A DNA stretch of 64,000 bases from an uncultured virus (IMG/VR IMGVR_UViG_3300025660_000004) (IMGVR_UViG_3300025660_000004); one strand, 5' to 3'. Shown: positions 37,558 to 45,369, counted from the first letter of the stretch. A program made the numbers and translations. The notes: generated by a model from the sequence alone, not told the origin.

Positions 37558-38100
37558 GTCAACCACCCTCTCCAGCGACCGCTCCTTGACCTCCAGCATC
37601 AGCGCCCACACGGTCGCGTTGTGCGGCTGGCGGGCGAGCTGCTCGGCATCCGAGTCCGGGTCGAGATGACGAAGCCGCTTCTCGGCCTCGTACTTGTAGA
37701 TGCGGACGTTCTGCTTCTCCGTCATCGTCCACGCCAGCACGACCTGAGCGTCACCCGTCAGGTCGTCAGGTGACTCGATCTCATCCGCGAAGCGGGCCAT
37801 CACCGCCTGCGCGACGCCCTCGGCCTCCGGCTGCCGACCTTCGTAGATGCCCTCGAACATGGGGCTCCACACGCCGGTCTCCGCATCGGAGAGGAGGTAG
37901 TTCACCCCGTTGCAGAGCCAGAAGACGTACTCATCGTCCGTGATGTCCGGGACATCGACACCCCCGGCCATCAGTGCAGCGGCCTCCGCTGCCTTGCGGG
38001 CGTGGGCCTTCATCCGCTGCCGCTGGGCCTTGAACTTCGCGACGCGGGCCTTGCGGTTGCGCTTGCGCTTCGCCAGTTTCTTCTGCGATGGCTTGCCCAT
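37531..38100 (-). CDS. hypothetical protein with basic N-terminus
   Basis: TGATG-coupled to tmk. Confidence 0.7.
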   Translation of the reverse strand: MGKPSQKKLAKRKRNRKARVAKFKAQRQRMKAHARKAAEAAALMAGGVDVPDITDDEYVFWLCNGVNYLLSDAETGVWSPMFEGIYEGRQPEAEGVAQAVMARFADEIESPDDLTGDAQVVLAWTMTEKQNVRIYKYEAEKRLRHLDPDSDAEQLARQPHNATVWALMLEVKERSLERVVDGSEEEPAP

Positions 38101-38705
38101 CAGAGCCTCAATGCCCCGCACACCAGAGCGTGAACCTCGTCCGGGGTGCCGAAGGCATTGACCAGGTTCATCGTCCCTCCGTCCGCCAGGAACGGCTCTG
38201 CCTGCGTGACCAGGTCCAGGTAGCGGGTGCGGTTGCGCTGCTGGATCTCCAGCTTCTCGTAGAACTCGTTGTGCCCCGGCCGCCGGGTGGCCCGCTGAAG
38301 GGCGACGGCGGGGTCGAGGTCCAGGACGATCAGGTCAGAGGCTCGCACGGGGAGCTGGCGGTGGATGTCCATCAGCCAGTCCAGAGGCCAGTTCTCCTGC
38401 TGGTAGACCAGCGTGCTCATCCACGACCGCACCGAGACGACTGCGTGCCCCGCCGCCAGGGCCGGGCGGACCTTCTCGGCCAGCATCGCCATCCGGTCAG
38501 CCAGGAACATCGCCGCGTGGGCCTCGATGTAGGTCCCCTCCTTGAGCATCTGCCGGAGCAGCTTCCCGGTCGGCAGGTCGTTGTCGGGCTCGTTGACCCG
38601 CAGGACCGTCCGCCCGGACTCATAGAGCTTCGAGACCAGCAGATCGGCCTGGGTGTCCTTCCCCGTGCCGTCGATGCCCTCGATGATGATGTAGGTGTCC
38701 GCCAT
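38100..38705 (-). CDS. tmk: thymidylate kinase
   Basis: IEGIDGTGKDTQ, EP, FLADR, STLVYQ, LDLDP. Confidence 0.92.
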   Translation of the reverse strand: MADTYIIIEGIDGTGKDTQADLLVSKLYESGRTVLRVNEPDNDLPTGKLLRQMLKEGTYIEAHAAMFLADRMAMLAEKVRPALAAGHAVVSVRSWMSTLVYQQENWPLDWLMDIHRQLPVRASDLIVLDLDPAVALQRATRRPGHNEFYEKLEIQQRNRTRYLDLVTQAEPFLADGGTMNLVNAFGTPDEVHALVCGALRL

Positions 38706-38769
38706 GCTGCTCTCCTGGTTCGCACAACCCTACCCGCCGTGCGATGGGGCTCATCCCCCGCTCTCTCGT

Positions 38770-38919
38770 CAAAGTGTCGAGCAAAGTGTCGCGAAAGCCT
38801 CCCGGGTTCATGGAGCCTGAGCGTCTCTAGTCACTTTGCTCGACAAAGTGATGAGCTAGCTGTCAGGACTCCGGCTCCACGGCGTCTCTCATCACGAACC
38901 CCATCAAAGTGTCGAGCAA
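38770..38919. repeat. cluster of CAAAGTGTCGAG-type 12-mers, direct and inverted
   Basis: Copies at 38770, 38782 and 38905, plus inverted/palindromic TCACTTTG-N5-CAAAGTGA at 38831-38851. Confidence 0.8.
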
Positions 38920-38926
38920 CCGACCG

Positions 38927-38955
38927 GGGCTCAGCCTGCGCATCACCAGCGTAGT
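38927..38955 (+). promoter_or_regulatory. phage promoter motif
   Basis: GGGCTCAGC-N14-CGTAGT. Confidence 0.7.
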
Positions 38956-38977
38956 GTTTCAACGCACGGAGAGACCC

Positions 38978-39547
38978 ATGACCGCCATCCACATCAACAG
39001 CTTCGTCCGCCGCCAGACCGCTGACTCCCGCTTCGGCCACACCAGCCAGAGCGACGATGAGCTGCTGGCCGAGCTGCACGCCAACTTCGAGAAGGCCACG
39101 CCCGGCTACCGCGACGGCGTCTGCCTCGTGCCCGTGGCCCCCGAAGGATGGTTCACCAGCACCACTCTGCTCGTCGAGGGGATGCCGCTCAAGGCCACCT
39201 ACGAGCCCCGCAGGGAGGGTGAGACGCCTCGCCTGCACGTCGGGGCCGCTGTGGACGACTACGAAGCTGCGAAGCTGCCTGCGGTCGCTGTGGACGTGGT
39301 GCTCTACGCCTCGACCACCCTGGCAGAGGACGGGAGCAACGAACTGCCTGCCGTCGAGGGGAACTGGGAGATCGTCTCGCTCAACCCCCGGCTGTTCGTG
39401 GAAGACGAGCCGATCCGTCCCGGCGTGTTCATGGCCAACCACTTCGGGGACGACGGGGGCTCTGCGACCGGCATGACCGCCGAAGAGTTCGTGGAGCAGC
39501 TCCGCATCAGCCGGGCCTACTGGATGGACAAGGTCGATCTCGGCTAG
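38978..39547 (+). CDS. DUF3228-like protein
   Basis: YEPRREGE.P, VDVVLY, WEIVS, EPI.P, GGS pattern recalled from the family. Confidence 0.6.
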   Translation: MTAIHINSFVRRQTADSRFGHTSQSDDELLAELHANFEKATPGYRDGVCLVPVAPEGWFTSTTLLVEGMPLKATYEPRREGETPRLHVGAAVDDYEAAKLPAVAVDVVLYASTTLAEDGSNELPAVEGNWEIVSLNPRLFVEDEPIRPGVFMANHFGDDGGSATGMTAEEFVEQLRISRAYWMDKVDLG

Positions 39548-39576
39548 GGGCTCAGACCCGACCCCCGGCGAGTAGT
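39548..39576 (+). promoter_or_regulatory. phage promoter motif (drives non-coding region)
   Basis: GGGCTCAGA-N14-AGTAGT. Confidence 0.75.
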
Positions 39577-39734
39577 CCCGTCAGGCGACCATGGGGGACT
39601 GTAAACCCCCCGAACGGTAGCTGTACGTCAAGTCTTCGTGCGTGGCGGGTGGAGTCGGCCTTTGGTGGTCGGACCCCGTTCTCGTCTGCGTAGTGGAGCG
39701 GGAGATCGGCCGTCGTCGAGGAGACTGAGCCCCC

Positions 39735-39807
39735 TGGCGTGTAGCTCAACTGGCTAGAGCGCCGAGAACAAACCTTGGGTGTGTGGGTTCGAGTCCCACC
39801 TTGCCGA
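39735..39807 (+). tRNA. atypical tRNA (nominal anticodon CAA, loop AACAAAC lacking U33)
   Basis: TAGCTCAACTGGCTAGAGC D-arm; GTGGG-TTCGAGT-CCCAC T-arm; imperfect acceptor stem; no CCA. Confidence 0.6.
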
Positions 39808-39813
39808 TAAAGG

Positions 39814-39842
39814 GGGCTCAGTCTCCATCCCTCGCCCGTAGT
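39814..39842 (+). promoter_or_regulatory. phage promoter motif
   Basis: GGGCTCAGT-N14-CGTAGT. Confidence 0.72.
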
Positions 39843-39871
39843 AGGGGTGAACGACGGATACGGAGACGACC

Positions 39872-40561
39872 ATGAGCGAGCCCACCCCCCTGACCGACAT
39901 CGAGAAGCAAGTACAGGCACGCCTGTGCAGCCGCCGCAGCCGTGGCTACGGGGGCAGGCCCTCCCACATGCAGCGAGCCGACGCCAGCACGCTCGGCTAC
40001 CGCTTCGCGGACGCCCACCGGGGCGGCCCCATCTACTCGCCCTTCGGCGGGTTCGATGTCGACCAGCAGGTCGAGTGGGCCATGCGGGTCCTCAACTACC
40101 TCACCGAGCAGCACATCACCGTGCCCGGCCACCCCACCACCCCTTGCGGCTACGACTCCAAGTGGGCCGACGCCAAGGCCCGCATCGAGGCTCTGTACGC
40201 CGAGCAGTTCGAGGCTGCCCGCACCGAACTCCAGGAGGAGTACGACGCTGACCCCAAGGGCTTCCGTGGATGGAACGAAGATGCCACCGTCGAGGATGGC
40301 AAGGTCACGAACCCGTGGGCCACGACCTTCACCGCCGCTGCCGACTGGTTCCTGGCGAACATGACGCAGTACACGGTGTTCACCGTCTGGCAGGCCTGCT
40401 TCGACGCTGCCGAAGAGTGCGTCCGCGAGAACCTCGGCCTCTGGGCCGAAGGCGGCACCGACTCCAACCCGCAGCAGGAGGCCGCTGATACCTTCGAGGC
40501 GTCGATGCGGAACCTCTCCGAGTACATCGACGCCTGCGTCAAGGAGGCCGCTGCCGCGTGA
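39872..40561 (+). CDS. hypothetical protein
   Basis: GGAG RBS; 229 aa. Confidence 0.7.
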   Translation: MSEPTPLTDIEKQVQARLCSRRSRGYGGRPSHMQRADASTLGYRFADAHRGGPIYSPFGGFDVDQQVEWAMRVLNYLTEQHITVPGHPTTPCGYDSKWADAKARIEALYAEQFEAARTELQEEYDADPKGFRGWNEDATVEDGKVTNPWATTFTAAADWFLANMTQYTVFTVWQACFDAAEECVRENLGLWAEGGTDSNPQQEAADTFEASMRNLSEYIDACVKEAAAA

Positions 40562-41064
40562 AGGTCGTCTTCCTCGACTTCGATGGAGTCATCAACCGCA
40601 ACAGCGGTCGGTGGCTCGTTGAGCTTGTGGAGCGGCTGAACCGCATCACCGACCAGACCGGAGCCAAGATCGTCGTCCACTCATCGTGGCGGGCCGACCG
40701 TTCCGTGGAGGAGCTACGCCGGGTCCTGACCACCTACCACTACGGCCAACCCGTGACCGGCGAGGTCTACGACGCCACCCCCTTCCCCGTCCACAGCATG
40801 ACGCCTGCGGGCATCTGGGTGGACGACGGCGGGTGGGCCGACTTCAAGGGAGACATCGAGAGCAACGACGAGCGGTGCATCTCCATCCAGCGGTGGCTCG
40901 ACGCCCATCCCGGCCTTGTGACGAAGTACGTGATTCTTGATGACTCCCCGGACCTGGGCCACTTCGTCGGCACCCCGGCCTACATCCAGACCATCCAGAA
41001 CGTCGGCCTGACCGACAGCCACGTCATGCGGGCCGTCTACCACCTCAACGGAGTGACCTGGTGA
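40558..41064 (+). CDS. HAD-domain protein (Swiss Army Knife RNA-repair HAD-like)
   Basis: VFLDFDGVI, IVVHSSWR, YVILDD, GLT. Confidence 0.8.
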   Translation: MKVVFLDFDGVINRNSGRWLVELVERLNRITDQTGAKIVVHSSWRADRSVEELRRVLTTYHYGQPVTGEVYDATPFPVHSMTPAGIWVDDGGWADFKGDIESNDERCISIQRWLDAHPGLVTKYVILDDSPDLGHFVGTPAYIQTIQNVGLTDSHVMRAVYHLNGVTW

Positions 41065-41504
41065 CCTGGTTCGCCCGCCTGAAGGCCCTCGTCACCGGCT
41101 GGCTCCACACGCCAGAAGGCGATGACCCCTTCGCGGAGCTGGAGGCCGCTGGCTTCCAGCGCGTCTACCTCATGGGCAAGGACGGGCAGCACTACGTCGC
41201 CTCCGACCTGGTCGGCCTGTGGGTCGAGGACCACGGCCGCTGCCTGCGGTTCAAGGCCAGCGTCTACGACCCGGAAGCCTGGCCCGTGCTGAAGAATCCG
41301 CTGTTCGGCAGCACGATCCGACCGGGCGAGCTGATCCGCCAGTACGTCGCCGACCCCCACCAGTGCTGGTGGAGCGAGGACACCCTGGTCCTGCACCCCT
41401 GCTCGCCAGCACAGCTCCTTGAGCGGCTGGTCGAGGCACCGGGGGAGTGGGAAGTTGCGGCCCGCCACCTGGGCGTTGGCACGCTCCAGTGGTGGGCTCG
41501 CTGA
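41061..41504 (+). CDS. hypothetical protein
   Basis: GTGA-coupled 147-aa ORF. Confidence 0.6.
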   Translation: MTWFARLKALVTGWLHTPEGDDPFAELEAAGFQRVYLMGKDGQHYVASDLVGLWVEDHGRCLRFKASVYDPEAWPVLKNPLFGSTIRPGELIRQYVADPHQCWWSEDTLVLHPCSPAQLLERLVEAPGEWEVAARHLGVGTLQWWAR

Positions 41505-41508
41505 TAGG

Positions 41509-41704
41509 TACACGCGGGAGGACTCGAACCTCCACCCTTCACGCCTCACGGGCATCCGCAGTCTTCCAGGGAGCGACCCCTTCCAGCCTGCTTGAACCCG
41601 AGGTCTGACACCGCACAGTGGAGGCCGAGGGTGGAACCCCCACACGGCCTGTTGCGCTTGGTCTTGCCTGGACGTGACGCTCTACCACTTGGAGCTACAC
41701 GCGC
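41509..41704 (-). ncRNA. tRNA-scaffold RNA with ~130-nt insert replacing the anticodon loop
   Basis: Acceptor GCGCGTG/CGCGTGT, D-arm GCTC..GAGC, TCACG/CGTGA stem, GGAGG-TTCGAGT-CCTCC T-arm. Confidence 0.7.
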
Positions 41705-41710
41705 AAAAGA

Positions 41711-41911
41711 TACGCTGGGGAGGACTCGAACCTCCGACCCCCAACGGTGGCCCCGGTGCTTGGATGATTGAGGAGCGACCCCGTCCGCACACCTTCGGGT
41801 TTCCCCTTCGTGACCAGCCCACTCGCAGGGGGTGACGCCCCCCATCTGCGACCGAACTGGTCAGTCCGGTTTCACCACCCCTGGCGCTCTAACCAACTGA
41901 GCTACCAGCGC
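41711..41911 (-). ncRNA. tRNA-scaffold RNA with ~135-nt insert replacing the anticodon loop
   Basis: Acceptor GCGCTGG/CCAGCGT, TAGCTCAGTTGGTTAGAGC, GGAGG-TTCGAGT-CCTCC. Confidence 0.7.
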
Positions 41912-41916
41912 ATAGG

Positions 41917-41990
41917 CGCGAGGGGTGGGATTTGAACCCACGGCCGACCGGATTTAGAGTCCGGCTGCTGAGCCACTCAGCTTCCCTCGC
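41917..41990 (-). tRNA. amber suppressor tRNA (CUA)
   Basis: Cloverleaf; anticodon arm GCCGGA-CTCTAAA-TCCGGT; T-loop TTCAAAT. Confidence 0.8.
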
Positions 41991-41991
41991 A

Positions 41992-42076
41992 TGGCGCACC
42001 GAGAAGGGATTGAACCTCCGGCCTCCCGACTTGACCCGAAGGCCTATCGGTCGCTCTACCACTGAGCTATCGGTGC
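41992..42076 (-). ncRNA. anticodon-less tRNA-like RNA (UUCG hairpin arm), CCA end
   Basis: GCACCGA/TCGGTGC-GCCA; arm contains GGCC-TTCG-GGTC. Confidence 0.8.
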
Positions 42077-42077
42077 A

Positions 42078-42163
42078 TGGTGCAGGAGGGAGGACTTGAA
42101 CCTCCGACCGTCCGAACGAGCCCGAAGGCTGATCGGCAGCTCTACCAACTGAGCTACTCCTGC
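42078..42163 (-). ncRNA. anticodon-less tRNA-like RNA (UUCG hairpin arm), CCA end
   Basis: GCAGGAG/CTCCTGC-ACCA; arm contains AGCC-TTCG-GGCT. Confidence 0.8.
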
Positions 42164-42164
42164 G

Positions 42165-42250
42165 TGGTGCCGAGGGAAGGGGTTGAACCTCCGACCCCCT
42201 GTCGTCACCCCGAAGGGGCGACAGGCGCTCTACCACTGAGCTACCTCGGC
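42165..42250 (-). ncRNA. anticodon-less tRNA-like RNA (UUCG hairpin arm), CCA end
   Basis: GCCGAGG/CCTCGGC-ACCA; arm CCTGTCG-CCCC-TTCG-GGGTGA-CGACAGG. Confidence 0.8.
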
Positions 42251-42251
42251 A

Positions 42252-42328
42252 TGGTGCGGGGACCGGGAGTTGAACACCGGGCCTACGGCTGGCGAGCCAG
42301 CCGTCGCTCTGCACTGAGCTATCCCCGC
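42252..42328 (-). ncRNA. anticodon-less tRNA-like RNA (closed hairpin arm), CCA end
   Basis: GCGGGGA/TCCCCGC-ACCA; arm ACGGCTGG-CTCG-CCAGCCGT. Confidence 0.78.
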
Positions 42329-42337
42329 AAGACTTCA

Positions 42338-42640
42338 CTACGCAGCCCTCCGTTCCTCCTGCCCGAGCAGGGGCAGGTTCATGCGGCCAGCGTCCGTAGC
42401 GAACGCGGTGGCCTGGTCCTTGAGGTCCGGCTCCCGCCAGAGGATCGTTCGGCCCCCATCGGGCACCAGGTCGAGAAGCTCCCGTTCGGAGCCGACCCCG
42501 TAGACGATGACGGTGCCCCGCTGCGGGCCGTACCGGGCCGACCACTCATCCATCGCGTGAATCGCCTGGGCCATCGCCCGCCCCAACCCCACATCGGTCC
42601 GCACGACGAAGTACAACCGATTGGTTGTCTTGACGCTCAT
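42338..42640 (-). CDS. Pth2-like protein (divergent)
   Basis: LYFVVRTDVGLGRAMAQAIHA, VIVY.V.SE.EL, WREPDL..TA. Confidence 0.7.
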   Translation of the reverse strand: MSVKTTNRLYFVVRTDVGLGRAMAQAIHAMDEWSARYGPQRGTVIVYGVGSERELLDLVPDGGRTILWREPDLKDQATAFATDAGRMNLPLLGQEERRAA

Positions 42641-42681
42641 GCTGCCCTCCCCGTACACTCGTGACGCAAGCGGGAGGCTAC

Positions 42682-43386
42682 ATGAAGATCGTCCCAGGAA
42701 TGGTGTTCCACCACCTCGAAGTCCTTCACCAGGGACCGTCCGACCCGTCGCGCACGACCCGCTGGTTCTGTGGTTGCATCTGCGGAGCTGAGACTCTGGT
42801 GCGCTCTTCGGCCCTGCGGAGCGGGCACTCGCAGTCGTGCGGCTGCATGGGCAAGGCCCGCCTTGAGCGGGACAAGACCTACAACGCCTGGAGTGCCATG
42901 CGGCAGAGGTGCCGTAACCCGAACAATCCTGCGTGGCCGAACTACGGTGGCCGGGGCATCTCGGTAGCCCCGGAATGGGACGACTTCGAGACGTTTCTTC
43001 GGGAGGTTGGCCCAGCTCCGAGTCTCCAGTTCAGCCTCGACCGGAAGGACCACAACGGCAACTACGAGCCCGGCAACGTGCGATGGGCGAGTTCCCGCCA
43101 GCAAGCCCGGAACCGCCGTAGCAACTGCGTGGTGGAGTTCAACGGTGTGACACAGACCCTCGCGGCCTGGTCCGAGCAAACGGGCATCTCCCGTGCGGTG
43201 CTTCAGTGGCGGCTGAAGAACTGGGACATCCCGCGTGCTCTCACTACTCCGGTGAAGTCCAGGAGGGCTCCCCGCAGGGCGGCGGAGGACAAGGCCAAGC
43301 TCATCACTCGTGCTGAGACCGAGGTTGAGGCGGCTCGGACCGCCCTCCGGGTAGCCGAACAGCGGTTGGCCGAAGTCCGGGCCTAG
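42682..43386 (+). CDS. HNH-type homing endonuclease
   Basis: CICG..L.SG.SQSCGC, W.AM.QRC.NP, YGGRGI, SLDRKDHNGNYEPGNVRWA..QARN. Confidence 0.88.
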   Translation: MKIVPGMVFHHLEVLHQGPSDPSRTTRWFCGCICGAETLVRSSALRSGHSQSCGCMGKARLERDKTYNAWSAMRQRCRNPNNPAWPNYGGRGISVAPEWDDFETFLREVGPAPSLQFSLDRKDHNGNYEPGNVRWASSRQQARNRRSNCVVEFNGVTQTLAAWSEQTGISRAVLQWRLKNWDIPRALTTPVKSRRAPRRAAEDKAKLITRAETEVEAARTALRVAEQRLAEVRA

Positions 43387-43455
43387 CTGCGCGGCCCGGC
43401 GGCCCTCACCGATGTCGGTGCGGGTCACGAAGTAGAGGCGGTCGTCGCGGGCCAT
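43384..43455 (-). pseudogene. N-terminal fragment of a Pth2-like paralog abutting the HNH gene
   Basis: MARDDRLYFVTRTDIGEGRRAAQL matches the N-terminus of 42338..42640. Confidence 0.6.
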
Positions 43456-44186
43456 CAGCTTGCCTGCCGGAACAGGTCAGCGATGCCGTCCGTGGGTCGG
43501 GTGTCTTCGGCCTCCTGGGCCTCCTCCAGCTCGCGCTTCGCAGCCCACCACGCCTCGTTCGCCACCCGGACTCTGGCAGCGGAGGCGTCGTAGTCCGCCT
43601 GCCTCCGCTCGACCGTCTTCTGGGCCGCACGGAGCGCGGAGGAGGCAATCCCGCAGCGACGGGTCTGCTCGTCGAACTCGCCCTTGAGCTTCGCGATCTC
43701 GGACCGCTTCTGGTCGAGCGCGACGAGGCCAGCGATGCCCTTGTCCTGGATGTAGGAGAGGCGCAGGTTGCCGCTCTTCAGCCACGCCTGGGCGATGGCC
43801 TCGGAGTGCTTCTGCTCGCCTGCGGGGAGGTGGGGACGGATGTACCCGCCGATGACCGTGAAGTCGGCGTCGGGGGTCTTGTGGGGGTTCCGCTTCGACT
43901 CGCACTGCTCGTAGGTCTTCCCGTTGAGAAGGGCCGCCGCGAGATGCGCGTGCCGCCGTTCGTTTCGGGAGTCCTCGGCCTGGTCGAGGAGGTCGATGCC
44001 CGCCGTGTGGCGGCACCAGCCCTGAGCGATGAGACGCTCGGCCTTGACCTTGTTGCTGTCGCGGAGTTCGCGGCCGTCCTTGCGGAGCTTGCGGCCGGAG
44101 ATGATGAGGCGAGACGCCTCGTGACGCTGGGCCGCCGTGAGGCGGCTGTTGACGTTGATCTGTGAGCTGAGGGCGCTGTGAATCAT
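43455..44186 (-). CDS. hypothetical protein with coiled-coil C-terminus
   Basis: GGAG RBS; RHAHLAAALLNGKTYEQCE. Confidence 0.7.
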   Translation of the reverse strand: MIHSALSSQINVNSRLTAAQRHEASRLIISGRKLRKDGRELRDSNKVKAERLIAQGWCRHTAGIDLLDQAEDSRNERRHAHLAAALLNGKTYEQCESKRNPHKTPDADFTVIGGYIRPHLPAGEQKHSEAIAQAWLKSGNLRLSYIQDKGIAGLVALDQKRSEIAKLKGEFDEQTRRCGIASSALRAAQKTVERRQADYDASAARVRVANEAWWAAKRELEEAQEAEDTRPTDGIADLFRQAS

Positions 44187-44308
44187 GGGGTTCTCCCGGT
44201 GTTGTGGTTTCGCGCATCGTCAAGGACGGAAGCGAATCCACAGGGAGGACCCCTAGAGGCCTGTACCTACGTGAAGGTGGTCGCGGCGGTGTAGCTCATC
44301 ATGTCTCC

Positions 44309-44336
44309 ATCCTAATGACCCCGGAGGGTCTGTCAA
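44309..44336 (-). promoter_or_regulatory. possible sigma70-type promoter
   Basis: TTGACA-N16-TAGGAT. Confidence 0.4.
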
Positions 44337-44353
44337 CAGTGTTTCTGCTTGTC

Positions 44354-44382
44354 ACTACTCGGGGGCGATCACTTCTGAGCCC
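44354..44382 (-). promoter_or_regulatory. phage promoter motif
   Basis: GGGCTCAGA-N14-AGTAGT. Confidence 0.75.
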
Positions 44383-44524
44383 CCGTGGTGGTTTTCCTAG
44401 AGCAAGCCCGTCTTGACGCCACTCAGGATCTTCGCCAGGGCGGACAGGTAGAGCCTGTCGGCCATGTTCGAGCCAGCCGATGAGGATGCCTCCAGTGGGT
44501 GCCCCGGCATGGGGCTGTGGTGGG

Positions 44525-44552
44525 ACTACGGGGCGGGGTGGTGGACTGAGCC
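44525..44552 (-). promoter_or_regulatory. phage promoter motif
   Basis: GGCTCAGT-N14-CGTAGT. Confidence 0.7.
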
Positions 44553-44560
44553 GTTGAAGT

Positions 44561-44637
44561 TGGTGCTCTCGGCGGGACTCGAACCCGCGACCTACGGATT
44601 TAGAGTCCGTTGCATCTACCAACTGAGCTACGAGAGC
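44561..44637 (-). tRNA. amber suppressor tRNA (CUA) with encoded CCA
   Basis: GCTCTCG/CGAGAGC-ACCA; ACGGA-CTCTAAA-TCCGT; GCGGG-TTCGAGT-CCCGC. Confidence 0.9.
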
Positions 44638-44656
44638 GTGGGGTCATCTATTGCGG

Positions 44657-45346
44657 TCAGGCTTCGGCGTTCGCGGTGATCTCCGCGTCGATCTCGGCCT
44701 GGTTGGCGATGTAGTAGGAGCGGGCTGCTTCCAGGGCGGGGATGCTGATGGCAGGGAACGCGGCCTTCGCGTCGATCCACCAGATGAGGATGCTGTGGTA
44801 GCCGTCCTTGAGCACCACCGGCTTGACGGTCCGCTGGAGCATGAACTCCACGATGGTCCGCACGGTGATTCGGGTGCCGCCGAGCCGGGCCGACCCGCCG
44901 CAGACGCCTTCGGTCTTCACGACCGACGCGACGTGGAAGGGTCGAAGGCAGCTCTCCGGGACGCCCCGCTGGATGCGGTGGGAGCAGAGATCGAGGATGG
45001 TGAAGTTCTGCCAGGCTTCCGGGTCCCAGCCGTTCGGAGCCGCCTTGTCCCTCAACTGCTGATCGGCCTGCGTGAAGTGCTCCCACATGGGGATGTCGTA
45101 GGTCTTGTGCTCCTTGTAGGGGGAGAGCACGTACTCGGGGTCGTAGTCGCCGTCGTCGGGGTCGCCGCATCCCTGCCCCTCGTGGCCGATGACGTAGCAG
45201 GTCACCTGGCCTTCGATGCCGGGCATGAAGTAATCGAACTGGTCCGCGTCCTCGTGGCCCGTCAACGCCTCCGTCAGCGGAAGGGTCATCCCGAGCTTCG
45301 TGCCCAGGGGGATCTTGTGTGTCATCAGTCGCGGGTCAGCAGTCAT
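44657..45346 (-). CDS. DUF433-domain protein
   Basis: GVCGGSARLGGTRITV..FP.IS..ALEAARSYY. Confidence 0.7.
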   Translation of the reverse strand: MTADPRLMTHKIPLGTKLGMTLPLTEALTGHEDADQFDYFMPGIEGQVTCYVIGHEGQGCGDPDDGDYDPEYVLSPYKEHKTYDIPMWEHFTQADQQLRDKAAPNGWDPEAWQNFTILDLCSHRIQRGVPESCLRPFHVASVVKTEGVCGGSARLGGTRITVRTIVEFMLQRTVKPVVLKDGYHSILIWWIDAKAAFPAISIPALEAARSYYIANQAEIDAEITANAEA

Positions 45347-45369
45347 TGGTGTCTCCATCGTCCACCTCA

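Noticed and set aside
41509..41911. Group I introns in tRNA anticodon loops
   Set aside because: The inserts are about 130 nt and I could not find the conserved core elements. This is left open pending a covariance search.
41917..41990. tRNA-Pyl assignment from the CUCUAAA loop
   Set aside because: The D-loop GG and T-loop TTC are canonical, unlike tRNA-Pyl, and no pyl genes are seen. It is called only a CUA suppressor.
42337..42364. Promoter motif directly ahead of the tRNA array
   Set aside because: CGTAGT is present but the upstream box (GGGCAGGA) is degenerate. A similar half-match occurs at 49239. Neither is counted among the 36.
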